DNA of 64,000 nucleotides. It comes from Acidilobaceae archaeon. GTDB lineage: Archaea; Thermoproteota; Thermoprotei_A; Sulfolobales; Acidilobaceae. The translations under genes were made by a program, and so were the position numbers. Below are positions 49,789 to 59,583 of the stretch, in pieces. The stretch spans positions 416,001 to 480,000 of the forward strand of contig JAWAWX010000001.1 in assembly GCA_038897215.1 (NCBI GenBank), read 5' to 3'. The first letter of the stretch is position 1; the number at the start of each line of letters is the position of its first letter. A model generated the notes under the pieces. That model was not told the DNA's origin. It did no database searches and saw only the letters and a list, made by a program, of their open reading frames with translations.

Positions 49789-51123
49789 TTGCACAAAGAG
49801 AGATTCATAGAGGAGATCGTCCGGGGCTCGCGAGGCCTCATAGGGAGCACTATCAGAGTCTGCGGCTGGGTTCACAGAATCAGAGACATCGGGGGGGTCA
49901 AGTTCGTAGTGCTGAGAGATAGAACAGGCTTCATCCAGGCTGTCGCCAAGAGAGGAGAGGCTCCCGAGAGCGTTCTCGAAGTGTTCTCCGGCCTGAGAGA
50001 GGAGTCCGTGGTGTGCGTAGAGGGGGTTCTAAGAGAAGCCCCTACGAGAGAGGGCTGCGAGATAGCGGTCTCTAGCGCTCGAATCCTCTCGACCCCCATC
50101 GAGCCTCTCCCACTAGACGTGAGGACATCGAGGAGAGCCGGTCTAGCTACCAGGCTGAGGTATAGGTGGCTCGACGCCAGGAACCCGGAGGTTCAGTCGA
50201 TATTCATCCTCAAGGCGTGGGTCGCGTCTAAGTTCAGAGAATACTTCGCCAAGCACGGCTTCGTGGAGGTCTTCACACCAAAGATCGTGGCCGCTGGCAC
50301 CGAAGGCGGCGCCAACGTGTTCCCGGTGATATACTTCGGGAGGACCGTCTACCTCGCTCAAAGCCCCCAGCTCTACAAGCAGATGGCTGTCTTAGCGGGC
50401 TTCGAGAGAGTCTTCGAGATAGGCCCCGTCTACAGAGCTGAGCCTCATAACACCACGAGGCACTTGAACGAGTACCACTCTCTAGACATAGAGGTCGGGT
50501 TCATCGAATCCCACGAGGATGTCATGAAGTACGTGGAGGGATTCTTCGTAGAGCTCTCTAAATCAATGGCTGAAGACGAGCGCGTAGCTAGAATACTGGA
50601 GATGCATGGAGTCGAGCCTCCTCGAGCTCCACCCGGGGGGTTCCCTAGGATAAGGATGAGAGAGGCCTACGAGATCCTGGAGAGAGAGTACGGGAAGAGA
50701 GTGCCCTACGGGGAGGACCTTGATAGCGAGGCAGAGAAGCTCATAGGCGAGTACGCTAGAGAGAGGTACGGCTCGGACTTCGTCTTCGTGACAGAGTACC
50801 CCTGGAGAGTCCGCCCATTCTACGCTATGAGGAAGGAGGACGAGCCAGACTGGACTCTCAGCTTCGACCTGATAATGAGAGGCGTAGAGGTCGCGACCGG
50901 GGGGCAGAGAGAGCACAGATACGAGAGGCTCCTCGAGAACATCAAAGACAAAGGCTTGAACCCCGAGGACTTCCAGTTCTACCTAGACTTCTTCAAGCAC
51001 GGAGCCCCGCCACACGGGGGAGCGGGCATCGGCCTAGAGAGGATAGTGATGCAGACTCTGGGACTGCAGAACATAAGAGAAGCCAGGCTCCTGCCGAGAG
51101 ACCTCGAGAGGCTAACCCCCTAG
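49789..51123 (+). CDS. aspS: Aspartate--tRNA ligase
   Basis: GTEGGA, LAQSPQLYKQ, YRAE...RHLNE, GGQREH, PPHGG.G.GLER. Confidence 0.97.
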   Translation: MHKERFIEEIVRGSRGLIGSTIRVCGWVHRIRDIGGVKFVVLRDRTGFIQAVAKRGEAPESVLEVFSGLREESVVCVEGVLREAPTREGCEIAVSSARILSTPIEPLPLDVRTSRRAGLATRLRYRWLDARNPEVQSIFILKAWVASKFREYFAKHGFVEVFTPKIVAAGTEGGANVFPVIYFGRTVYLAQSPQLYKQMAVLAGFERVFEIGPVYRAEPHNTTRHLNEYHSLDIEVGFIESHEDVMKYVEGFFVELSKSMAEDERVARILEMHGVEPPRAPPGGFPRIRMREAYEILEREYGKRVPYGEDLDSEAEKLIGEYARERYGSDFVFVTEYPWRVRPFYAMRKEDEPDWTLSFDLIMRGVEVATGGQREHRYERLLENIKDKGLNPEDFQFYLDFFKHGAPPHGGAGIGLERIVMQTLGLQNIREARLLPRDLERLTP

Positions 51124-51261
51124 CTCAGCACTCAAGACCCTCCTCACAGACCCCCCTCTCGGATACGCCGAGCTCAGCACCTCGAGGAGAATAGAGCAGG
51201 TAGTCGCCTAAAAGTGTTTCCGCTAGAGCCACGTGGGAGCTGTTCTCCCGGAGGCTACTGT

Positions 51262-52560
51262 CTACGTTAAGCGCGGTCTCCTGACGTGGCCGAAGTCTGC
51301 TACAGTCCCCGTTCTCTCCATCACCACCTCGGCTCTATCGTCGAAAACCCACTCGGCTAGCACCGCTCCCCCGGGAGTCAGCACTCTTATAGAGGCTATC
51401 CTGAGAGCTACGCTCTGCCCTATCCACGCGTCGACAAGAGAAGCTACTATGGTGACGTACTCGCTAGTGAAGCCCGATAAGTCTACCGTTGCTCTATTCG
51501 TCCTCCAATCGTACCACCCGGTCTGCCTCTCTGGCGACGTGTACTGCAGGACGACCACGTGCCTGTAATTTTCCTCAATGCGTCTATCGTTAGTTGGGAA
51601 GGCTTGGTCTCTCGATAGAACCGAGTCGGCTACGCTCACACGCCCAATCTCTCGAGCGCCTTCGAAGGTGAAGTAGCCTCTCCAGGTTATCTCGAGCACG
51701 TTTCCGTGCAGGAGGTCTCTGGGGACTACTATCAGGACAGCGCCCTGACCCATAGACCTAGCGCCGGCTGAATAGCTATCAATCTCTAGGACTCTGCGTC
51801 CTATGTCGCGGTCGTCAGCCATGCTGAACCTTATGTCAGGGTTCCAGTCGGTACGGACATAGACGTCGTGTTCTCTGAGCCCGACCACCGGGGATGTGAT
51901 GTTGAGAACAACGGGGTAGAAGGCGCTCACGCCGGGTGTCTGAACCCACCAGACGTAGTCCAGCCTCACCATGCAGCGAGTCCCATAGGCCATCTCGAAG
52001 CCGCCGATTAAGCTGAAAGCGTGCCACTTAACGCTCCACGCGGGCGGAGGGGCTTCGCTCAGAGGGCTCGTGGAGCTAGAGACAACCTGCCCCCGGGTTA
52101 TCACGATATTCGTCGTGGTAGTCGCCCCCGTCCTGGACCTGAGCGATATCGTTGTGTTGAAGTGCGAGAGAGCGTAGTTAGCCGGGAGCCCGGGCGTCAG
52201 CCCAGCGCACTCAACCGGCGTAGCGCTCGAGAGGCGGAGCATAGAGGTGAAGCCTGTGCTCATATTGCTATACACGTCGAGAAGCCTGTAAGACGGGGAC
52301 CTGCTGCCCGCGGAAGCCTCTACGAGAGCGCTGATCCCATAGGGCCCGATGCGCGCGATGACGCCTGAGCTCGCGGGAGGGCTCTCGAACCAGACAACGG
52401 GGTGCGCTACAGCAGCCAAGCCATCAACATGTCTATAGGCGAAAACCCCGGCCGAGGCGGAGAAGAGCACTACCGCTATCAGCGCTACCGCTATAAGGGC
52501 TCTAGCCAGTTTGTAGGCGCAGCTGTCGGCTTCACAGCTCATAGCAATGGTTAACCCCAT
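51262..52560 (-). CDS. Hypothetical secreted/membrane-anchored protein
   Basis: N-terminal hydrophobic segment, beta-rich Ser/Thr body; TTATAT about 25 nt upstream (leaderless). Confidence 0.65.
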   Translation of the reverse strand: MGLTIAMSCEADSCAYKLARALIAVALIAVVLFSASAGVFAYRHVDGLAAVAHPVVWFESPPASSGVIARIGPYGISALVEASAGSRSPSYRLLDVYSNMSTGFTSMLRLSSATPVECAGLTPGLPANYALSHFNTTISLRSRTGATTTTNIVITRGQVVSSSTSPLSEAPPPAWSVKWHAFSLIGGFEMAYGTRCMVRLDYVWWVQTPGVSAFYPVVLNITSPVVGLREHDVYVRTDWNPDIRFSMADDRDIGRRVLEIDSYSAGARSMGQGAVLIVVPRDLLHGNVLEITWRGYFTFEGAREIGRVSVADSVLSRDQAFPTNDRRIEENYRHVVVLQYTSPERQTGWYDWRTNRATVDLSGFTSEYVTIVASLVDAWIGQSVALRIASIRVLTPGGAVLAEWVFDDRAEVVMERTGTVADFGHVRRPRLT

Positions 52561-52790
52561 TATAATAACGTGGTTAGATTCCTATATAAGGTTTATAGTC
52601 TAGAGTCGGGGGGCTTCGCAGCGAGCGATGCCGGCCGAGGCCGCTCGCTCCGCTCTCCCGGCCTCCCACGGGTCCCTTGTGGGGCTCGAAGCCATCCCGC
52701 GAGGCTCTCGGGGGGCGCGTGTGGCCTCAGGTGCTCTAGGCGGAGATAGCGGGCTTAGAGAGCGCTCGCTGCCTCGACCGGCGTGAAGGC

Positions 52791-53078
52791 TTAGACCCTC
52801 GTGCTGGATGGGAGCAACGGCCCCGCGTCGTGCCACTTGGGGGGCTCTATTCCAGCGAGTCTAAGTGAGGCTTTGAGGAGCAGCTCTACGATGAGCAAGT
52901 CCGTATCGCTATCTGGTCTAGCCTCGCCTCTAGCGGCCGAGCCGAATACTACGAGAGAGACCAGGTCGTTGCCCAGCCTTTTCGAAGCCTCTGCTAGGAG
53001 CTTCTCGAGGAGAGAAGCGTACGGCTCCCCCAGCCTCCCCCTAGAGCCTCCGGTGCTCTCAGAGCGTTCAGCGCTCAA
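52791..53078 (-). pseudogene. Deletion remnant of an MNT-HEPN toxin-antitoxin pair
   Basis: MNT motif FGSAARGEARPDSDTDLLIV joined in frame to HEPN segment ELLLKASLRLAGIEPPKWHD. Confidence 0.75.
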
Positions 53079-53324
53079 CCCCGGCTCTTCCCCGAGGCTC
53101 CGCTGCTACGCGAGACTAAATGCTGGCTCTCGTCGCTAGCCGTAGCCAACGTGCACTACCGAGCGCCTCCACGGGACTCCGCTGCCGCGTCTTGAGCGCT
53201 AGAGGCTGATATAGGCTGCGGGCTTGGCGCTCGAGCCGCCATAGCCTAGCCGCGGCGGCGTCCTCAAGTCTTTTCGCTGGGCAACGTGGAGCCTCCGGCG
53301 GCCTTAGCGATAGGAGGCGGGTAG

Positions 53325-53400
53325 CGGGCCCGCCGGGATTTGAACCCGGGACCTCCGGCTCCGGAGGCCGGCGCTCTAGTCCTGGCTGAGCTACGGGCCC
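53325..53400 (-). tRNA. tRNA-Arg(CCG), no intron, CCA not encoded
   Basis: GGGCCCG acceptor stem, anticodon arm CCGGC-CTCCGGA-GCCGG, T-loop GGTTCAAATCC. Confidence 0.97.
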
Positions 53401-53439
53401 TCTCCTCTCCCTCTCGCATGCTCTCCCCCGTGGGGGGCT

Positions 53440-53461
53440 TTTTGTCTTAGTTTTGTCTTAG
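53440..53461. repeat. Tandem 11-bp repeat TTTTGTCTTAG x2
   Basis: Direct reading; lies between the divergent tRNA and cdc6 genes. Confidence 0.8.
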
Positions 53462-53514
53462 CTGGTGATACTAGGGTTCTCGCTCGGTCTTCTCTCCCGC
53501 TTCTCCTACTTCTC

Positions 53515-54774
53515 TTGGAGCCGGTGGTTTCTGTGGAGGTTGTCGATGAGATCTTCAGGTCTGCTTTGAGGTCTAGAGTGTTCAGAGATAGAGAGAAGCT
53601 TCTACCAGACTACGTGCCCGAGGTCCTCCCCCACAGAGACGCTGAGATTAGGAGGGTTGCCTCAGTTCTAGCTCCTGCTCTCAGGGGGGAGAAGCCGAGC
53701 AATCTCTTCATCTACGGGCTCACGGGGACGGGGAAGACTGCTGTGGTCAGGTTCGTGTTGAGCAAGCTAGAGCAAGCTGCTAGAGAGGCAGGGGCTAGAG
53801 TGAAGAGCGTCTACGTGAACGTCAGGTATAGAGACACTCCCTACAGGGTCTTGGCTGAGATAGCTGAAAGCGTTGGCGTGAGGATACCGTTCACTGGGCT
53901 CTCTACGAGCGAGGTCTTCGATAGGATGGTTGGGAAGATGAGAGGCTCGGGGTACGTCTACGTCATTGTGCTAGACGAGATAGACTCTCTAGTCAGGAGG
54001 CACGGCGACGACCTCCTCTACAAGCTGACAAGAGTGAACACCCAGCTAGATGGGGCGAAGGTGTCGCTGATAGGGATAACGAACAGCATAGACCTAGTGG
54101 AGAACATGGACCCGAGGGTTAAGAGTAGCTTGAGCGAGGTGGAGACAGTGTTCCCGCCGTATAACGCTGACCAGCTCAGAGACATACTGGAGGCTAGAGC
54201 TAGAGAAGCGTTCGTAGATGGAGCGCTACACGAGGAGGTCATACCTCTCTGCGCAGCGCTAGCAGCTAGAGAGCACGGAGACGCTAGGAGAGCACTAGAC
54301 TTGCTTAGAGTAGCCGGGGAGATAGCGGAGAGGAGCGGCGCTAGCATAGTCACGCCGGAGCACGTGATGGCTGCTCGCGAGGAGATCGAGAGAGACAGAG
54401 TAGCCGACGTCGTAAGAGTGCTACCGCTACACAGCAAGCTAGTAGTGCTAGCAGTCATCCTAGCCACGGGGGGAGGGCTCGGCTACACGACCACAGGGGA
54501 GATATACGATGCCTACAGGAAGCTTACTCAAAGACTCGGCATAGAGACTGTCACAATGAGGAGAGTCAGCGGGATACTGGCAGAGCTAGACATGGCCGGG
54601 CTCCTAGCTGGCCGGGTCGTGAGCAGAGGCAGGTACGGGAAGACGAGAGTAGTAGAGCTGAAAGCAGACACACAACTTATACTTAAGACTCTAGCAGAAG
54701 ACCTTATGATAGAGGAGCTAGTAGAGGATGTGTCAAGAGAAGCGCTCGGAAAGCGTGGTAGTAGCTTGCGATGA
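53515..54774 (+). CDS. cdc6: Orc1/Cdc6 replication initiator
   Basis: PDYVPEVLPHR, GLTGTGKT, VLDEID, HGDARRALDLLR, SRGRYGKT wing. Confidence 0.96.
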   Translation: MEPVVSVEVVDEIFRSALRSRVFRDREKLLPDYVPEVLPHRDAEIRRVASVLAPALRGEKPSNLFIYGLTGTGKTAVVRFVLSKLEQAAREAGARVKSVYVNVRYRDTPYRVLAEIAESVGVRIPFTGLSTSEVFDRMVGKMRGSGYVYVIVLDEIDSLVRRHGDDLLYKLTRVNTQLDGAKVSLIGITNSIDLVENMDPRVKSSLSEVETVFPPYNADQLRDILEARAREAFVDGALHEEVIPLCAALAAREHGDARRALDLLRVAGEIAERSGASIVTPEHVMAAREEIERDRVADVVRVLPLHSKLVVLAVILATGGGLGYTTTGEIYDAYRKLTQRLGIETVTMRRVSGILAELDMAGLLAGRVVSRGRYGKTRVVELKADTQLILKTLAEDLMIEELVEDVSREALGKRGSSLR

Positions 54775-55330
54775 CGGAGTAGTAGATAAGAGAAGGCAGA
54801 GAGCGGGAGTGGTAGCCTGCGTTCTCTGGGCCCGCGGGCCTGTGGACGTCGAGGCTTCAACAGCCCCCCTGGATATCCAGGAGTCCTCGTCTCTGATAGC
54901 TGGGCTCGCTCTCGCTCTAGCCTCTAGGAGCGGGCTGAGGCCAAGAGCCATACTCCTAGACTCTCTAACGATCCTCGGCTTCAGCGTAGTCTCCCCGCCC
55001 GCTCTAAGGAGGCTCTCGGGAGCCCCCCTCGTGGCTGTCTACAAGTACAAGCCTAGAGTAGAGAACCTAGAGGCTGCTCTCAAGAAGCACTTCCCGGACT
55101 GGAGGCTCAGGCTATCCGTTCTCAGAGTCTTGGAGAGAGTGGAGAGAGTTGAGACCAGGAGGGGGGAGCTCTACATCCTGCCCTGGGGGCTCTCTCTAGA
55201 AGAGGCCTCTGCTCTCGTGGCCGAGCTCCAGGAGTACTCGAGAACCCCCGAGCCTCTCAGACTAGCTCACTCTATAGCGTCAGAGCTCTCGAAGCTAGCG
55301 CTCATGAGGGGGAGTGATCGTAGCTTTTAG
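54728..55330 (+). CDS. DUF99 family (endonuclease V-like) protein
   Basis: ACDDG, LLDSLTILGF, ALKKHFPDW, PEPLRLAH. Confidence 0.85.
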   Translation: MCQEKRSESVVVACDDGVVDKRRQRAGVVACVLWARGPVDVEASTAPLDIQESSSLIAGLALALASRSGLRPRAILLDSLTILGFSVVSPPALRRLSGAPLVAVYKYKPRVENLEAALKKHFPDWRLRLSVLRVLERVERVETRRGELYILPWGLSLEEASALVAELQEYSRTPEPLRLAHSIASELSKLALMRGSDRSF

Positions 55331-55370
55331 CCTTCGGGAGCCCATAGAGGGGCTCGGAGAGGCGTGAGGC

Positions 55371-55559
55371 ATGGTTAGCATAGGGCCTATGGGCTTGCCA
55401 GAGCTCCTGATCATACTGCTGATACTGCTAATCATCCTTGGGCCCGGTAAGCTACCGAGTCTAGCTAGAGCTCTAGGAGAGTCTGTGAGAGAGTTCAGGA
55501 AAGCTGTGAGCAGTGAAGAGGAGGATAGGAGGAAGAAGGGGGAGAGAGCGGGAGAGTAG
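55371..55559 (+). CDS. tatA: Twin-arginine translocase TatA
   Basis: PELLII...GPGKLPSLARALGESVREFRKA. Confidence 0.93.
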   Translation: MVSIGPMGLPELLIILLILLIILGPGKLPSLARALGESVREFRKAVSSEEEDRRKKGERAGE

Positions 55560-55571
55560 CGGAGACCCGGG

Positions 55572-55979
55572 TTGAAGCCATCGCTGAGGATAGCGGAGGG
55601 CTACCTCTACCTAGAGCTAGATGGGAGGGAGAGAGCGTTCATCAAGTTCTCGGCTGACAACGGGAAGCTCTACATTCTATCCACCTTCGTGCCCGAGAGC
55701 CACAGAGGGAGAGGGCTCGCTGGGAGGCTCGTAGAGGAGCTACTATCGTTCTCCGAGAGGAACGGCTTGAGTGTAGTCCCTCTCTGCTCCTACGCTGTGA
55801 GCTACTTCATCAAGAACAGAGAGAGGAGAGCTCTCCTAGCCGAGCCCTATAGGAGCATGAGCGATGAAGAGCTCCTCAGATACTACGAGGAGAGAGTGAG
55901 AGAGGAGTCTAGGAGGAGGCAGCTGAGGCTAGAGGAGCCCGGCAGGAGAGAGAGCCTAGACTGTCCGGTCTGCGGCTGA
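55572..55979 (+). CDS. GNAT (YjdJ-like) acetyltransferase
   Basis: STFVPESHRGRGLA, VPLCSYA. Confidence 0.85.
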   Translation: MKPSLRIAEGYLYLELDGRERAFIKFSADNGKLYILSTFVPESHRGRGLAGRLVEELLSFSERNGLSVVPLCSYAVSYFIKNRERRALLAEPYRSMSDEELLRYYEERVREESRRRQLRLEEPGRRESLDCPVCG

Positions 55980-55989
55980 GGGAGGGTCC

Positions 55990-57141
55990 TTGAGTAAGAG
56001 AGCCGTGGTAGCGTTCCTCTTACTCAGCCTGGTCTCTCTGCTGGCAGACGTGACGTACGAGGGGGGCAGGTCGGTCTCGGGGAGCTTCTTGAAGCACCTA
56101 GAGGCTCCTCTAGTAGCCGCTTCTCTGATAGCCGTGGGGGAGGTCATAGCGTACGCCTTCAGGCTAGTCGGGGGGGCTTTAGCTTGGAGGTTCGCCTCTC
56201 CTAGAGCCTACTGGGCTATGGTTTTCGCTGGCTACGCTATGAACGCTGGGATCCCTCTGCTAGCTCTGGTAGCAGACTGGAGGCTCGCTCTAGCGCTCTA
56301 TCTTATCGAGAGAGCGGGGAAGGGTCTCAGAACGCCTGTGAGAGACGCTTTGATAGCGGAGCTCACTGAGGGAGTGGGTAGAGGTAAGGCTTTCGCTGCC
56401 CACGAGGTGCTAGACCAGGTCGGCGCTGTAGCGGGGCCTCTGGCCGTGTCGCTAGCAATGAGCTGGAGCGGGGGTAGCTACAGTGTAGCCTTCGGGGTCC
56501 TGCTGGCTCCCTTCGCGGCCTCTCTCGTAGCGCTCTACGCCGCCTACCTGGCGTACAACACTATGAGGTCTCGGAGCGCTCCTCGCGCTCCAGCTGGCTT
56601 CGAGAGCTCCCGGCCTCTCTCCGCCCGCTGGCTCGCCCCGCTTCTAGTCTTCGCTTTCGCGCTCGGAGCAGGCTTCCTGCACTGGTCTCAGGCATCCTAC
56701 AGGCTGAGAGAAGCTGGGCTCGAGGACTCTGAGATAGCGTGGCTCTACGCTGTAGCCATGCTGAGCGATGCTCTAGCAGCGGTGCCTCTAGGCATCTTCT
56801 TCGACGCTGTCGGCTTGAGAAGCCTCATCCTGATGCCAGCTCTAGTGCTACTCTCTACTCTCGCGTTCTCAACAGGGTCTCCTCTACTCTTCGCTATAGC
56901 CTGGGGTGTGGCTATGAGCTCTTTCGAGACCATGCTGAAGGCTGCTATAGCCGTGGCATCAGCTGCTCGCGAGAGGCCTCTAGTCTACGCTCTAGCGTAC
57001 GTCTCTCTCGGAGCCGGCTGGACTCTAGGCAATCTCGTCATGTCGTACGCGGGGGTTAGCGCTCTATACGCTCTAGCCGTCGAGTTCCTAGCTCTAGCTG
57101 CTCTCGCTGTCTTCACAGCCGAGAGGACAAGGCTCTCTTGA
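55990..57141 (+). CDS. MFS transporter
   Basis: ADVTYEGGRS, ERAGKGLRTPVRD, DQVGAVAGP; about 12 TMs. Confidence 0.9.
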   Translation: MSKRAVVAFLLLSLVSLLADVTYEGGRSVSGSFLKHLEAPLVAASLIAVGEVIAYAFRLVGGALAWRFASPRAYWAMVFAGYAMNAGIPLLALVADWRLALALYLIERAGKGLRTPVRDALIAELTEGVGRGKAFAAHEVLDQVGAVAGPLAVSLAMSWSGGSYSVAFGVLLAPFAASLVALYAAYLAYNTMRSRSAPRAPAGFESSRPLSARWLAPLLVFAFALGAGFLHWSQASYRLREAGLEDSEIAWLYAVAMLSDALAAVPLGIFFDAVGLRSLILMPALVLLSTLAFSTGSPLLFAIAWGVAMSSFETMLKAAIAVASAARERPLVYALAYVSLGAGWTLGNLVMSYAGVSALYALAVEFLALAALAVFTAERTRLS

Positions 57142-57976
57142 CAGCCTCCACGACGACTCTAGCGTCAGGAGACCTGGGCGGCTCTCTCTTGTGGCGAGAC
57201 CTCTCGACTAGAGAGACTACTCTCCTAACCGCACTCGCGTCAGCACCCGTGGCTCTAGCCGCTTCCTCCTCGCTCATCCCCAAGTCGGCGTAGCAGAAGA
57301 GGATTGGGTCTATCACGTCGAAGGGTAGCCCGAGCTCCTCCTCGGCGGTATGGCCTCTCCAGAGCCTGGGAGCGCTAGGCTTGCCCGCTATCCTCTCGGG
57401 CACCCCCAGGAATCTGGCGAGCTCTCTGACCTGAGTCTTGTAGACTACAGTTAGAGGCGCCACGTCGGACGCTCCGTCTCCGTGTTTGGTGAAGTAGCCT
57501 GTGAGGAGTTCCGTCCTATCGGTAGAGCCAGCTACCAGCATCCCTGTCTTGTTAGCGATGTAGTAGAGGATAGCCATCCTAGCTCTAGCCTTAAGGTTCC
57601 CTAGAGCCAACCTATCCGAGCCTACCCCCGCTCTCTCCAAGACTCGAGAGTACGCTGAGATAACCGGGTCTAGCTCGACCACCAAGAGCCTGCCCCCCAT
57701 GGCCTCAGCTAGCTCTTGAGCATCCTTCAGGTCCTCTGGGGGAGTGGCGTCGCTATCGGGGATCATGACTGGGACTACTCTGCCTGCTCCGAGAGCTCTG
57801 ACTGCTAGCGCGTAGAGAGTCGAGGAGTCAACACCTCCACTGAGCCCGAGAACGTATCCTCTAGCTCCCGCTCTCTCGAGGGACTCTCTGAGGAAGGCTT
57901 CGAGGTAGCGGGAGAGCCACTCGTAGTCAAGAGACTCTCTGAGAATCCTGGCTGTCACTACGGCCACGAGGCTCAT
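57113..57976 (-). CDS. nadE: NH3-dependent NAD+ synthetase
   Basis: GLSGGVDS, NLKARARM, GYFTKHGDG, KPSAPRLW. Confidence 0.95.
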   Translation of the reverse strand: MSLVAVVTARILRESLDYEWLSRYLEAFLRESLERAGARGYVLGLSGGVDSSTLYALAVRALGAGRVVPVMIPDSDATPPEDLKDAQELAEAMGGRLLVVELDPVISAYSRVLERAGVGSDRLALGNLKARARMAILYYIANKTGMLVAGSTDRTELLTGYFTKHGDGASDVAPLTVVYKTQVRELARFLGVPERIAGKPSAPRLWRGHTAEEELGLPFDVIDPILFCYADLGMSEEEAARATGADASAVRRVVSLVERSRHKREPPRSPDARVVVEAVKRALSSRL

Positions 57977-58024
57977 CCGCGAGAGAGGCCGGAGGCTCGG
58001 GGGATTAATGTGTTAGCTGGGCTC

Positions 58025-59341
58025 TCAGAGCCCTAGGTATAGCTGGTACTCGTGGGGGTGGGGTTTGCTACGGACTGCTAGAGCTTCTCTCCTCTTGACC
58101 TCAATGTAGGACTCTAGTAGGCTCTCTGGGAACACGGGCTTGAGGTATTCTCTATCGCTCTCGAGCTCGTCTAGAGCCTCGTCTAGGCTTCTCGGGAGAA
58201 CCTCTATCCCTCTCCTCTTGGCCTCACTTCTGTCTAGCTTGTATAGATTGATGTTAACGGGCTCTCCTGGGTCTAGCTTCTTCTTGACTCCATCGAGTCC
58301 CGCTAGTATGACAGCTGGTATCGCGAGATAGGGGTTAGCAGTGGGGTCAGCCATCCTCACCTCTAGCCTGGTCTTGCTGTCGCTGTTAGCATAGGGGACT
58401 CTGACCATCACGGACCTGTTGTAGTAGCCCCAAGCCGCGTAGACGGGGGCCTCGTAGCCTGCTATCAGCCTCTTGTAGCTGTTGGTAGTGGGGGCTAGTA
58501 GAGCTGCTAGGCTACGAGCGTGAGCGAGCACTCCTCCTATGAAGTAGCGTGCTGTATCGCTGAGACCCCCGTCTCCAGCGAAGAGGTTTCTAGAGCTCTC
58601 CTTGCTCCAGAGGCTGACGTGGATGTGCATCCCGTTCCCGTTGTCTCCGTAGACAGGCTTAGCCATGAAGACGGCTTTGAAGCCAAGCCTGCTAGCAGTG
58701 CTTCTAGCCGCCCACTTGGCTGTCACAACGTTATCCGAGGTTCTGAGAACTCTCGCTGAGCCCATGGAGACCTCTATCTGAGAGACTGCTACCTCGTGGT
58801 GGGAGACGACGACGGGGATCTCGAGAGCCTCCAGAGCTCTAGTCAGCTCGAGCCTATACTCGAGAAGAGGGTCGCTTGGGTGAGAGAGCTGGTAGGAGCT
58901 TTTAGGCAAGCCGTTCCCCGCTATGGGGGTTATCTTGTAGCCTTGCTCAAACATCGAGTTGAAATCACTGAAAACCACGTCTTTGAACACGCTGAACTCG
59001 AGCTCGACCCCGACGAGAGCATCGAGACCGAGAGCGTCCAGGTGCTCCTCTACTCTCTCAGCCACTAGCCTCGGGTCTCTCTCAGCTCTAGAGCCTGGGG
59101 GCTCGTAGATCCTGCAGAGAGCCCTGTATACTCCGCTAAGCCAGGGGACGGGCTTGACGGTATCTCTATCGGGCTCGAGGAGAAGGTCGCTCTTCTCGAG
59201 AGAAGCTAGACCCATAGCGCTACTGCCGTCTATGTTAGCCAAGAACCTGGAGCCGTTATCGAGAGAGCTCAAGGGGACCTCGACGCTTCTCAGGAAGCCT
59301 GCTAGGTCTGTGTACTGCAAGAGTAATCTCTTGGACTCCAA
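58025..59341 (-). CDS. glnA: Glutamine synthetase type I
   Basis: DGSS, HHEV, FMAKP.YGDNGNGMHIH, NSYKRL..GYEAP, NRS. Confidence 0.95.
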   Translation of the reverse strand: MESKRLLLQYTDLAGFLRSVEVPLSSLDNGSRFLANIDGSSAMGLASLEKSDLLLEPDRDTVKPVPWLSGVYRALCRIYEPPGSRAERDPRLVAERVEEHLDALGLDALVGVELEFSVFKDVVFSDFNSMFEQGYKITPIAGNGLPKSSYQLSHPSDPLLEYRLELTRALEALEIPVVVSHHEVAVSQIEVSMGSARVLRTSDNVVTAKWAARSTASRLGFKAVFMAKPVYGDNGNGMHIHVSLWSKESSRNLFAGDGGLSDTARYFIGGVLAHARSLAALLAPTTNSYKRLIAGYEAPVYAAWGYYNRSVMVRVPYANSDSKTRLEVRMADPTANPYLAIPAVILAGLDGVKKKLDPGEPVNINLYKLDRSEAKRRGIEVLPRSLDEALDELESDREYLKPVFPESLLESYIEVKRREALAVRSKPHPHEYQLYLGL

Positions 59342-59583
59342 GAGAGCCCGCAGGCTTCTCTCTCAGACCAGAGCCTATAAGGGTTTCTAGACGTCTCACC
59401 AATAATTCTAACCACTTCGACATAAATAAGAAGCGAGCGTAGACTATAGACTAGCGGAGGCGACTTTAAGCTCTCGAGCGCGCCGCACCAGACCACTCTC
59501 GACTAATCCAGCAAACTATCAATAAAAGCTTAAAACCGTTCTCTAAGAACGCCTAGCTTGACTCCTGCAACCGGTGTGGGTTC

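Noticed and set aside
51214-51228. ORB-like GTTTCCGCTAGA
   Set aside because: Single, mismatched, no G-string or partner site.
51124-53400. Integrated element with att repeat at tRNA-Arg
   Set aside because: No duplicated tRNA segment or integrase found by eye.
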